Made by a program: the position numbers and the translations under genes. From a virus (taxonomy: Duplodnaviria; Caudoviricetes): a stretch of DNA of 64,000 nt. The stretch covers positions 205,066-269,065 of the IMG/VR virus record IMGVR_UViG_3300011890_000001, one strand, 5' to 3'. Positions 1 to 9,837 of the stretch are shown here, in pieces. Every line of letters begins with the position of its first letter. The first letter of the stretch is position 1. A model generated the notes under the pieces. That model did not search any database. It worked only from the letters and a program-made list of their open reading frames with translations, and had not been told where the DNA came from.

Positions 1-3000
1 ACCAATCCAACGCGCCATCGAATCGGCATTCTCCTTGATGAAGCACGCACCCATCAACGCGTTTGCACGCGCATCAGTACGATTCGCATTCAAAGAGACA
101 CCGAACTTGGGACCATACTTCGTCAGCATGCTTGCCCAAGTGGAGCGGATGAACTGGAACAGACCAGTAGCGCTGGACGTGCTGGCAGAGACACCTGCGT
201 GGAAGGACGATTCCAACGCACACATGCGCATCATCATGCCAGGATCCACACCCACCATTCGGGCCGCAGCCACGATCAGCGGTTTGTAGATCTTAGCGCG
301 TTCGTCACCCTTACGGATGGCGCTCACCTCGAAGTTCGGCGGAGGGGTAGGCAGACTATTGATGTCGCCGCCCGAACCACCGCCCGGATGCACCACCGGT
401 GCCAGACTACCGTGCGTGGCACTGAAGGTGTTGAGACCCGAAGTACCAACGTTCATAGCGGCCTGACCCACACCGGCCCAATCGCCTTCCTTAGCTGCTT
501 CGTAACCGCTCGTCAAGGCATTACCAATAGCACGGAAGCCAGCAACTGCACCGTCCACGGTTCGACCTGCGAAGTTACGATTCCCCTTAGCGCCCAGGAG
601 CCAGTCAGAAGCGGCGCGTGCGCCACTCCTCATGGAATCCATCATGCTGCCGAGAATACCGCGATCCTTCTTAACGGCAGCCGCTTGTCCATCCACTGCG
701 TCCTCACGTACGGTTTCCTTCTCGACCTTCTGCTTCAGCACCAGCAAGGAGCCGGCTACCGCATTGGAATCGGAATTCAACTGTTCACGTGCAGACCAGG
801 GCGAACTCCGCCAGTTCCAGATCGATTCGCCATTTCCGTTTTTCGCCGCCATCACTGCCTGTGAGACCTGGACAAGATCAGACGGTTTGAGCGTACGCTC
901 GGGAGTGGCGAAGTCAGCAGAGCTGTTGGCAGCTCTTACGGCACCCAAGTACGCCGCCAGCGTCGGCTGGAAGCGATTGATGTACCACTGACACCAGCGT
1001 GCACGATCTTCCGTAGAGTTCGGCGTGAGGCCAAACAGGCCCGCTACGTTGCTATAGACTTGGTCGGCATCCAGCAGGAAGTGTACCCGACCACTGGAGC
1101 TAACGCCCACATTCTTCAGAACGTGTTGTTCCGTAGCCAGCAATGCACGCACGCGATCTTGATCCAAATTACCTAGACCGTAAGCACGTACACGAATTGC
1201 CTGAGTGGCAGTGAGCTTGCCCAGACGAACCAACGTGGAGGGCAGCAGGTTGTCTGCTCCCTTCGTGTTGATGATCGTGCCGGTCGTGGCGGCCAGGGGC
1301 TGGCCCGTTTCCTTCTCAATGTTTTCGGCGGTTGCTTGCGCGGCGCGCTCCTCATCCTTCTTACGCTGGTGTCGATCCCACAGTTTGACGCCCACCAAAC
1401 CCACAGGTGTGAACATGGCCATTGTGCGTATCGCACCTAGGGCCTTACTGCGGTTCTTCTCTTCTGGCGTTTTACCAATCTCCTTCAGTGCCAGATTGAA
1501 TGCATCTTCAATCTCATTGACGGAGGTAACTGCCGGATCGCCAAACGGTCCATCGGGGTGACTATAAGTCTCATGACTCATAGCCCAAGCCTTACGGATC
1601 AGTTGTTCCATCTGGTCAGCCGGAAGCTTTTCCTCAGCCTCCATCAGATTGACGTTTGGAGCAATAGCGCGCAGTTCCTTAACCCAGGTCAAGAAGACCG
1701 GCTTGAAGCGATTGGTAAACCAGCGGTTGAACGAGATACGTTCTTCACGACGACTAAAGACCCAACCAGCCTCCACACCAGCGATCTCGTAGACTTGCTC
1801 CATCGAGATCTCTTTACCGTTCGTACCCTTGGGCACCAGGTCCAGACTACCGTTCTTTTCACCAACGTGATTGACCAGCAACTCTTCCAGCTTGAAGATC
1901 TTCTTGTTGGTGTCAGCACCGCTGTCGGGCACACCGTACTGCATGTGACGGAAACGACGGATTGGCGTGAGGCGACCGTACTTGTACTGCTTGTAGCCCA
2001 GGTAGGCAATGCCGCCAACGACGGCAGCTGCTGCAAGACCGATGCCCACTACAGGCGCACCGAGCGTTGCAACTACACCACCGGCAATTTTAGCAGTCAA
2101 TGCAGCACCAGCGGCACCGCCAGCTACACCCCCGGTAACGCCTACAGCAGTGCGGGCGGCCGAGCCTTCTTCAAGACCAGCCTTACCCGCAGCCCAGTCA
2201 GCAGCCTTATAGCCACCTACACCGCCGATCAAACCACCGCCAGTACTTGCAGCCGCAGCTGCAAGACCACCGCCGGCCGCAAGGCCAGCACCGGTGATAC
2301 CGGCCGTACGTATTCCGCCCGCAGCGCGTGCGGCGCCAATGCTCCTCGAGATATCGGCACTGCGTGCAGCACTAGCGGCAGCACCGCCGCCGCGACCCAT
2401 ACCGAACAAACGACCCAGACGGCCGCCGCGACCACCGGCCCCGCGTGCGGCACGTTGACGGCGCAGACGTCGCGCAGCGCGATTGCGACGGTAGCGATTC
2501 CAACGACCACCGCCACGCTTCAGACCAGAACGACCACGACGACGTTCGTTAGCGTCACCAACAGCATCGTAGATGTCTGCTGCGTCAGCTGCGTCGCTCA
2601 AGAGCGATCCGTCATCGTCTTCGTCTTCCATGTCCTCTTCGTCATCGCCTCGTCCAAAGAGACCGCCCAGCTTCGACATCATCGAACCCAGACCCCAACG
2701 GCTTTCGCGTTGCTCTTCTTCTTCCTGGCGCTTTTCTTCTTCTTCCAGCTTTTCCTTCAGAATGTTCTGTTCCTGCCAGGAGCCCTTACGGGGACCCTTA
2801 CCCGGCATGCGGTCTTCCAGAATCTTCAGGATGCTTTCCAGCAGCTGGACTTGGCGTTCGCCGTGCTTCTCAAACGGATTGAGGATGGCGCCCAGCATCT
2901 TGAACGGAGCACCCAAGATAGCACCGATGGTATTACCACCAATGCCCATGATGCCGCCGAACAGTTTACCATAACCCTTCAGCGCGCCGCCGAACAGAGC

Positions 3001-6000
3001 ACCCACACCTTGCAGCGTGCGGACAGCTGCACCACCGACCGCACCCAAGATGCGAGCAAACGGCGTGGTCAACTTCATGCCCCAGCGATTGCAAAGACCC
3101 GGGTCGTGGATCTCTTCCTCATGCAGGACGGTGATGTCCTCCTTGGACGGTTTGGACGAACCCGGCGCCAGTTCCTTGATCTCGCCGTGGATATCGTCGT
3201 AAGTTTCTACGATCCAGCCAGGGCGCTTGCCCCCGACGTTATAGTAACGGCGGGTCTTCATCTTCGAGGCTTTCAGTCGCGGAGTTTTCTCGCCCTTGAC
3301 GTAGACGTCGACTTGTTTCTCAAACAGCCACTTGCCGGCGCCGGTTACAGCCTTGAGACCCAAGTTGGCCAGTTTGAACGGAAGAGCCGCCACGTTACCG
3401 TAGAAGCGAGCCGCCGCACCCAGCAGTGCCGAAGCGCCACCGACCAAACCGCCGGCCAAACGCTGGAGACCTTGCGGTCCCTTGACGTAGATGCCCTTGT
3501 CGAAGTCCTCCTGGTCGATCACGTACTCGCCAGTGGACACGTCAATCACAGGTCCAGTGATGTCGCGCCAACGGGTGATCTTCTTACCGGTCTTCTCGTC
3601 CTTATAGTGACCGAGGTTGATCTTCTGCTTGGTCAACGCAGGTTCGCGCTTACCGTTGACGTAGATGTCCTTCATGCCGCGCATGATATTGGAAACGCGC
3701 TGACCGATAAAGCTACCGGTACCGCGTGCCGCCCCTACACCAACAGAACCGATGGCGCCTACTGCACCGCCCACCTTCTTCGCCCACCACCAGGCGCCCT
3801 TACCGATACCGCCGGCAACAGCACCAACGCCCTTCAGACCCGTCCAGGCAATGCGATCCAGAAAGCCCATCGAACCCCACTTACCGCCGCCTTCGCCTGC
3901 GTTGCGCGACGAAGATGCTTCAGCGTAGGCTGCAAACATTTCTGCAATCGTTCGCAGTGCGGACAACTGTTCGACGTTTACTTCAAGGAGCTGACCGCTG
4001 ATCGAGTCGAGCGTTGCTACGTCCTGGTTACCGATTTCTCCCAGTCGCTGACTTGCCGACTGGTTCGGTCCCACGTTCAGCGTATTGGCAGTGGTCTGCG
4101 CGTGTCCACGCATACGTTCCACCAGATGCTCGTAGGTACCGCCCTTACTGTCGGTCAGGACGTTAGCGATATCACGTGCCGTAACAATCACATTGCCGTG
4201 CTCGTCTACCACCGGACCGGCGATGTCGGAAGGCTTGTAGATTGCGTTACCGGTGAGCTGGTCACGATAACGACCCAGACGCATCATCCAGGCGGACATA
4301 ACAACCTGACCGCCAGAGAGGATGTCGTAGACACCGTCGTCGATAGGTGCGCGACGGCCAGCCGGTGCTGCCGGACCAACGGAACCCAAGTTCTCAAACG
4401 CAGCAGACTTGGTTGCATCCGACTTCAGACGGAAACTAACGCGCTTGCCTTCTTTATTGAAGAAACCGCGTCGCATCGCATCTTCGTCGGCCACGATAGC
4501 GTTAAGGACATTGTCATGGATTGCGCCATGGCAATCGCTCCAGTAGTAGAACGGCTTACCGTCGGAGGTATCGATGTACCGACCTGCCAGCAAGTGTTCG
4601 CCCTTCAGGACAGCCTGACCGCCCGGGGTGACGTACAAGTCGTCATCGGAAGGATCCTTCCTGCCGTTAATAAACTCACCGATCTTCCCAGTGACGCCGC
4701 CGGGACTGGCGCGCTTCTTGCCGAACTTACCGGCGCCGCCAGAGGCGTTGAGGATACGGTCGGTAAAGTTAGCGTAGTCGATGTGCTGTTGACCATCTAC
4801 TTCGCCCGCGGCATTGCGCTCACTCAGGATGCCTGCCTTGTGGAGCAATTCGCCCTGACCGATGTGCTGGAAGAAATCCGTGGTGGCAGTAGGCAGACTC
4901 TTGCCAATGTCCATCGCATGGAAATCATGAATGCGATCGGTCTTCCACTTCTGCGTACGTCCAGACAGATTGATCAACCGACTCAGGATGACCTTGGAAC
5001 CAGCCGACAAGTACTTGGACGACTTCAGTGGATCGGTGTAGTTTTCGATACGGAAACCACGGCCGTCTGCACTGTCCCACATCAACTCACGGATCAGCTC
5101 GTTACGTACCGTCGAATCCAGATCTGCACCACCGACCAAAGAGTCCACCAGATCGTTCAACTGTTGACGCGACGCCACAGCCTTGTCGTCAGACATCGCC
5201 GCCTTGGCAATGCTACCCATAACGCGACTTTCAGTGTCGAACTGACCCTTAATGAAGTCATACGCGATCGGTGTGGCGTTTGGATCGTTGATGCGTTCAA
5301 CGGAGTGATGGATACGCTGCAACCAACCCGGGATGATTTCCGTGATGCTGCGCTGGGTCAGGTTGTTAAAGGCAGCAACCTTGTTGATGTCGGCAAGGTC
5401 ACGGCGATTAACGGTCGTGTTGAGCTTAGACGGGGCCAGGAAGTCCTTGACGCCGGATACGACCGTACCCTTCCAACCGTCTTGTGCGGTGCCCGAGCGG
5501 GCCCACTCGTTAATGAAGTACGGCAGGTTCTCAATGGAACCGCCCATCTTCTCAAACCACTCATCAAAGCCCGGCCACTTACGGCTGATCAGCTTGACAG
5601 CCTTTCGACCTGCAGCTTCGCCACCCTTGGTGATAGCAAAGCGAACAGCCTGCTGGGTGACCATGTCGAACATCGAGATGCCCATGCCGTCGTCTTGCGA
5701 CGGATCAGCCATCCCGATTGCGCTCGCCAACCCGCCAGCCATTTCCTTGGCCTTGGCCTTCAGCTTGGTACCGGCACGACCAAAGATATTCCCAGCCAGT
5801 CGAGCGGCCGAGTCATGCATACCGCCAATGAACTTGGTTCGAATGGTCTGCGTGGCAGTGTGGGACAGATCCTGTTTGAGGATGTCCGGCATCGCCGTGT
5901 TCTTGGTGATCGCTTCCAAGAATCCGTTAAAGCGTCGGGTGGTTTCCACCTGAAGCTTCAGGGAGTCTCGCATCATGAACAACTGACGCGTCTGGATCTC

Positions 6001-6648
6001 TAGGTTGCGACGCTGGTAACGCTGAGTGATCTCATCGTTACTGGCCACCATGCGAGTCAGGTTGCGATTGATACCCGTCAGCAGTTGCAACTGCGTCCGG
6101 TTGGCAGACAGTACCTGCGCATGGCGGATACTGCCCTCAATCGACGCCTTCTCATCAGCCTGTGCCTGAGCACGCATCTGAACACCGAAGACTTCGCTAA
6201 GCGAGGCCTTCAGACTTTCTTCATCGCGCTGCTGCTCCGTCTTGACTTCAAACACCGGTTCGGGCTTGGCGAACTCCGCCAGACGATCTGCGATGTTCTT
6301 CGGCAGATGGTCTTTGACCTTACCCAGGTGCTGCTCTGTCAGACGCTTTGCCACCGGCATTGCCGGCTTCAGCTCGTTCTGAACGATACTATGTAGATCG
6401 CTCATCTCCGACTTAACTGAATCGGCCATTGACAGGGCACGTCCGTAAGAGGACGGTAGAATGTTTTCGGTAATCTTTCGCAGTGTGTCAGGTGACGTGA
6501 AAGCGTCCCGGGCACCCGCCTTGGCATTACCGAAGACGCGGGCAATTACGCCCCGCTTCTCGTCTTTCGGATTTGGTGCAAATGGATCGTCGAAATCGAG
6601 ATCCAACGACTTGTCGAGATCGAAGTCGTCATCTTTGAAATTTGCCAT
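1..6648 (-). CDS. Giant tail-associated protein with lytic transglycosylase (SLT) domain, phiKZ gp181-like; runs off the window start (partial)
   Basis: ATG at 6648 (minus) preceded by AGGAG-type RBS. Segments translated by hand at ~40-300, ~1970-2500 and ~3060-4650 are open and in phase. It is missing from the ORF track, consistent with no stop in the window. Translation near 40-300 gives SSATGLFQFIRSTWASMLTKYG...RTDARANALMGACFI (SLT motif). Divergent from the vRNAP subunit gene as in phiKZ. Confidence 0.85.
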   Translation of the reverse strand, partial: MANFKDDDFDLDKSLDLDFDDPFAPNPKDEKRGVIARVFGNAKAGARDAFTSPDTLRKITENILPSSYGRALSMADSVKSEMSDLHSIVQNELKPAMPVAKRLTEQHLGKVKDHLPKNIADRLAEFAKPEPVFEVKTEQQRDEESLKASLSEVFGVQMRAQAQADEKASIEGSIRHAQVLSANRTQLQLLTGINRNLTRMVASNDEITQRYQRRNLEIQTRQLFMMRDSLKLQVETTRRFNGFLEAITKNTAMPDILKQDLSHTATQTIRTKFIGGMHDSAARLAGNIFGRAGTKLKAKAKEMAGGLASAIGMADPSQDDGMGISMFDMVTQQAVRFAITKGGEAAGRKAVKLISRKWPGFDEWFEKMGGSIENLPYFINEWARSGTAQDGWKGTVVSGVKDFLAPSKLNTTVNRRDLADINKVAAFNNLTQRSITEIIPGWLQRIHHSVERINDPNATPIAYDFIKGQFDTESRVMGSIAKAAMSDDKAVASRQQLNDLVDSLVGGADLDSTVRNELIRELMWDSADGRGFRIENYTDPLKSSKYLSAGSKVILSRLINLSGRTQKWKTDRIHDFHAMDIGKSLPTATTDFFQHIGQGELLHKAGILSERNAAGEVDGQQHIDYANFTDRILNASGGAGKFGKKRASPGGVTGKIGEFINGRKDPSDDDLYVTPGGQAVLKGEHLLAGRYIDTSDGKPFYYWSDCHGAIHDNVLNAIVADEDAMRRGFFNKEGKRVSFRLKSDATKSAAFENLGSVGPAAPAGRRAPIDDGVYDILSGGQVVMSAWMMRLGRYRDQLTGNAIYKPSDIAGPVVDEHGNVIVTARDIANVLTDSKGGTYEHLVERMRGHAQTTANTLNVGPNQSASQRLGEIGNQDVATLDSISGQLLEVNVEQLSALRTIAEMFAAYAEASSSRNAGEGGGKWGSMGFLDRIAWTGLKGVGAVAGGIGKGAWWWAKKVGGAVGAIGSVGVGAARGTGSFIGQRVSNIMRGMKDIYVNGKREPALTKQKINLGHYKDEKTGKKITRWRDITGPVIDVSTGEYVIDQEDFDKGIYVKGPQGLQRLAGGLVGGASALLGAAARFYGNVAALPFKLANLGLKAVTGAGKWLFEKQVDVYVKGEKTPRLKASKMKTRRYYNVGGKRPGWIVETYDDIHGEIKELAPGSSKPSKEDITVLHEEEIHDPGLCNRWGMKLTTPFARILGAVGGAAVRTLQGVGALFGGALKGYGKLFGGIMGIGGNTIGAILGAPFKMLGAILNPFEKHGERQVQLLESILKILEDRMPGKGPRKGSWQEQNILKEKLEEEEKRQEEEEQRESRWGLGSMMSKLGGLFGRGDDEEDMEDEDDDGSLLSDAADAADIYDAVGDANERRRGRSGLKRGGGRWNRYRRNRAARRLRRQRAARGAGGRGGRLGRLFGMGRGGGAAASAARSADISRSIGAARAAGGIRTAGITGAGLAAGGGLAAAAASTGGGLIGGVGGYKAADWAAGKAGLEEGSAARTAVGVTGGVAGGAAGAALTAKIAGGVVATLGAPVVGIGLAAAAVVGGIAYLGYKQYKYGRLTPIRRFRHMQYGVPDSGADTNKKIFKLEELLVNHVGEKNGSLDLVPKGTNGKEISMEQVYEIAGVEAGWVFSRREERISFNRWFTNRFKPVFLTWVKELRAIAPNVNLMEAEEKLPADQMEQLIRKAWAMSHETYSHPDGPFGDPAVTSVNEIEDAFNLALKEIGKTPEEKNRSKALGAIRTMAMFTPVGLVGVKLWDRHQRKKDEERAAQATAENIEKETGQPLAATTGTIINTKGADNLLPSTLVRLGKLTATQAIRVRAYGLGNLDQDRVRALLATEQHVLKNVGVSSSGRVHFLLDADQVYSNVAGLFGLTPNSTEDRARWCQWYINRFQPTLAAYLGAVRAANSSADFATPERTLKPSDLVQVSQAVMAAKNGNGESIWNWRSSPWSAREQLNSDSNAVAGSLLVLKQKVEKETVREDAVDGQAAAVKKDRGILGSMMDSMRSGARAASDWLLGAKGNRNFAGRTVDGAVAGFRAIGNALTSGYEAAKEGDWAGVGQAAMNVGTSGLNTFSATHGSLAPVVHPGGGSGGDINSLPTPPPNFEVSAIRKGDERAKIYKPLIVAAARMVGVDPGMMMRMCALESSFHAGVSASTSSATGLFQFIRSTWASMLTKYGPKFGVSLNANRTDARANALMGACFIKENADSMARWIG

Positions 6649-6722
6649 TTTTTATCTCCTAACCTGTTACGTAATAGGAACAGGCCATGGGCCCTTATTC
6701 ATAGTTTAGAGGTATCTGCCCC

Positions 6723-8456
6723 ATGATTATCGAAGATGTGGCACAGGGCTGGCCCACCATTGCCACAGAGGAAGGTTTGTCTCTGGCACTGGAAAGTCTG
6801 GCTCACGCCGGGGTTGTCTCAGAGCACCTCAGCCGGCCCTTCAACATCGCCATCTTTCGTCCCGAAGGTAACATGCTGCGCAATATGCGGCAGGTCACCA
6901 GTTCTGACATCCATGAAAACACCAAGGGTGACCTCCACCCAGACGGTTTGTTCTCCGTGGAGATCTTCGGCCGAGCCGGTTCTGCGGAGCGCGATAAGCG
7001 TTTTGCTTACATCGATATCAAGACCGAAATCTTCCACCCACTGATCTATCAGGTGATCAGTCGCGTTCGTCGTCTTTATGCTGGCATTATCAACGGTGAG
7101 CTTTACGCCACTTGGGATGAGGCCAAAAAGGACTTTGTACCGGCAAATGAACTGGATGGCGAAACCGGTTTCTCTTTCTTCTGTCGCCATTGGCGCGATA
7201 TCGAGTTCTCTCGTAATCGCTCCTTTGTTCGTGACGCACGCATTGATCTGCTGGAGAAGTTCAAGGATGTCGCATTGACGTCCAAGATCCTCGTTATGCC
7301 GGCAGGTATGCGCGACCTGGATTACGATGAGAACGGTCGCCCCAGTTTCCACGAGATCAATAACCTCTACATGAAGCTGATCTCGACCTCGCGTCTGATC
7401 GGCATGCACGATGAGGTCTCCAACGACCCGGCACATGACCTTCAGCGTCGGCTGCTCCAGTCGTACTTCAACGATATCTTCAACAACATCGAATCTATGA
7501 TCGGTGGTAAGGAAGGTTTCTTCCTGAAGAAGTGGAGCTCGCGCACGGTAGTGAACTCTACCCGAAACGTCATCACAGCGTTGGACTCCTCCGCACCTGT
7601 CCTGGGCGCACCTAACACGGTGCGGTTCACTGACACCATGGTAGGTATCTGGCAGCTGTCACGTGGTTTGCTGCCGTTGACCATTCACCTTCTGCGCAAC
7701 GGTTTTATCAGTAAGGTGTTTGACGGCTCCAACACCGCACGTCTAGTTGACCCCAAGACCTTGCGTTCCAGTTACGTCAGCTTGTCGGCTGATGCGCGTG
7801 ACCGTTGGACTACGGTTGAAGGACTTGAGAAAGTAGTGTTCGGTTACAAGGCGTTTCGACTCCGTAATCGTCCGCTGATGGTGGACGGTCATTACCTGGG
7901 TCTGATCTACGCGCCGCCGGAGAACAAGGTCTTCAAGCTCTTCCACGACATCGACGAGCTCCCGCAGGGCGCGAACCGTAAACATGTTCGGCCGATCAAC
8001 CTGATGGAGTTGATCTATCTGTCGGGTTATAAGGTCTGGAACGATCAGGTTGGTACTGTCACGCGTTACCCGATCGCAGGTACCGGTAGTTGTTACCCGA
8101 CCACGGTCTATGTCAAGACCACCGTGGAAGGTGAGGTACGTCGGGAGTTGGACGACCTGTGGCAACCGATGGACGGGAATGAAAACCTGGCTATCGAATT
8201 CCCAACGTATTCGCCTCTGGCGTACTACGATACCTTGGGTATTGCCTCGGCACGCCTTGCCGGTCTTTCTGCTGACTTCGACGGCGACACCGGCAGTTTC
8301 ATTCCGCTCTACACCGACGCACGAAAAGACTTCAAAGCCTACTTGGCCAGTAAGATGGCGTACGTGGACCCCATCGGTGGTCTGCGCACTAGCGGCGAAG
8401 TGTTGACCACTGAACTTTTCCTCCGTAGCTTTACTGGCCCCGTTAAGGTTAGCTGA
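6723..8456 (+). CDS. Virion RNA polymerase beta'-like subunit (phiKZ gp180-like)
   Basis: DGLFSVEIFG motif near the N-terminus; catalytic ADFDGD at 8271-8288; synteny with the gp178-like gene. Confidence 0.92.
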   Translation: MIIEDVAQGWPTIATEEGLSLALESLAHAGVVSEHLSRPFNIAIFRPEGNMLRNMRQVTSSDIHENTKGDLHPDGLFSVEIFGRAGSAERDKRFAYIDIKTEIFHPLIYQVISRVRRLYAGIINGELYATWDEAKKDFVPANELDGETGFSFFCRHWRDIEFSRNRSFVRDARIDLLEKFKDVALTSKILVMPAGMRDLDYDENGRPSFHEINNLYMKLISTSRLIGMHDEVSNDPAHDLQRRLLQSYFNDIFNNIESMIGGKEGFFLKKWSSRTVVNSTRNVITALDSSAPVLGAPNTVRFTDTMVGIWQLSRGLLPLTIHLLRNGFISKVFDGSNTARLVDPKTLRSSYVSLSADARDRWTTVEGLEKVVFGYKAFRLRNRPLMVDGHYLGLIYAPPENKVFKLFHDIDELPQGANRKHVRPINLMELIYLSGYKVWNDQVGTVTRYPIAGTGSCYPTTVYVKTTVEGEVRRELDDLWQPMDGNENLAIEFPTYSPLAYYDTLGIASARLAGLSADFDGDTGSFIPLYTDARKDFKAYLASKMAYVDPIGGLRTSGEVLTTELFLRSFTGPVKVS

Positions 8457-8457
8457 G

Positions 8458-9780
8458 ATGAACTTTTCTCCTGAAGAAGAAAAACTGGCGCAATTGGGAG
8501 ACACCCTGATTGCACTGGAAGAGCTGTCCGACCAAGTGGCTGACTTCGACGAAGACGACACGTCCGACCACAGTACCGATTCGGCCAATCTGTATCTGCT
8601 GGAGCGCGCGCTCCAAGAACAGCCCGGGATCAGTATGGAAGAATTCAACTTCCAGACCATCAAAGACGCCGCTGCTGCTGCTGGTCGATTGACCGTTGCC
8701 ACCGGTAAGGCCTTCATGGGTTTCCTCGATCAAGTCCACAAGACTGTCGACGGAACCTATCTGGTCAATGCGCGCCTGCTGGGTGAGCGCATCGGCAAGA
8801 TCCGCGAGGATCGCAAGACTGCCAACTTTGGCAAGATGGAACGACGCGATCTGGCCCGTGCTATGTCGGTGAACGGTACGATCGAATTCGACCATGCCGC
8901 AATTGCCGATACGTTGTTGGAGACTTCAAACGGTATCTGCCGTCAGACCCTGCCGCAACAGGCGGCTGTTGTCCGAGCCCTGGCCGAGAAGCTGAAGGAA
9001 AACCGCAAGGACGGTCTGGGCGCCTACACTTCGGCCGTCGATCAGATGGTCAAGATCATTGCATCGGCTCGCCAGCCGATTGACATGTTCGACAGTCGAC
9101 ACATTGAGGCTGTTTGGCCGGGCAACCGACGCATCTTCCAGAAGGTCCGACCGGCGGCCCCGCGCCGCGCACCAGTGAGCCAAGACGGCGGTGTGCGCAA
9201 GCTGGTGCTGGCTGTCTCGTCCACCTCGGTAGGTATCCGCGGTAAGGTCGAAGTCACCGGACCGAACGTCAACGACACGCTACCGATCCTGACGCCCGAG
9301 CAGATGGTTCGTTGTCTGGACTCTGCCCGCAAGTTGTTGGAAGAGGCTGTCAATGTCTCCAAGATCGCCAAGTCGTTTGCCAAGGACAAAACACCCAGTG
9401 CCGCCGGCCTGATGCTTTCCGGCATCGTCAATGGACTGCGCCAACAGATCGCCGACATCACTAGCGCCCAAGAGGACGGTTATGATGTGATCGAAGGCCC
9501 GTCCGGTGGCGGCATCGCGCCTGTCCGACACAAGCCTGGCACGCGCGGTTTCGACCCCACCAAGACAATGCCGACTTTTGGTTTTGAATCCCGCAAGGAA
9601 ATGAGTGACGAAGAGATTCGTGACCGCATCCTTCAAGGTGTCTGGGTGGCCCGTTACACCAAAATCTCCCTGATCGACCACCAGCGCACTGCGCGCGCTT
9701 TGGTGATGTTGCTGATGGGTGTGGGTCGTACCTACCTCAAGTATGTCGAAGAAAGCTTGAAGTACTACGAGCAACGATAA
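8458..9780 (+). CDS. Virion (inner head) protein, gp179-like position
   Basis: 440 aa between the two vRNAP subunit genes; acidic N-terminus ending in an SMEE protease-type site. Confidence 0.6.
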   Translation: MNFSPEEEKLAQLGDTLIALEELSDQVADFDEDDTSDHSTDSANLYLLERALQEQPGISMEEFNFQTIKDAAAAAGRLTVATGKAFMGFLDQVHKTVDGTYLVNARLLGERIGKIREDRKTANFGKMERRDLARAMSVNGTIEFDHAAIADTLLETSNGICRQTLPQQAAVVRALAEKLKENRKDGLGAYTSAVDQMVKIIASARQPIDMFDSRHIEAVWPGNRRIFQKVRPAAPRRAPVSQDGGVRKLVLAVSSTSVGIRGKVEVTGPNVNDTLPILTPEQMVRCLDSARKLLEEAVNVSKIAKSFAKDKTPSAAGLMLSGIVNGLRQQIADITSAQEDGYDVIEGPSGGGIAPVRHKPGTRGFDPTKTMPTFGFESRKEMSDEEIRDRILQGVWVARYTKISLIDHQRTARALVMLLMGVGRTYLKYVEESLKYYEQR

Positions 9781-9789
9781 ACACCAAGG

Positions 9790-9816
9790 ACTGGGCGAGG
9801 CTTGTCCTCGCCCAGT
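9790..9816 (+). terminator. Stem-loop (actgggcgagg/cctcgcccagt)
   Basis: 11-bp perfect inverted repeat just after the stop codon; weak U-tract. Confidence 0.55.
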
Positions 9817-9837
9817 TATCCTGCCCCGAGGTAACTG

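Noticed and set aside
1558-6003. 1481-aa plus-strand ORF
   Set aside because: Antisense shadow of the minus-strand tail protein; no RBS or motifs, and a composition typical of reverse-complement frames of biased codons.
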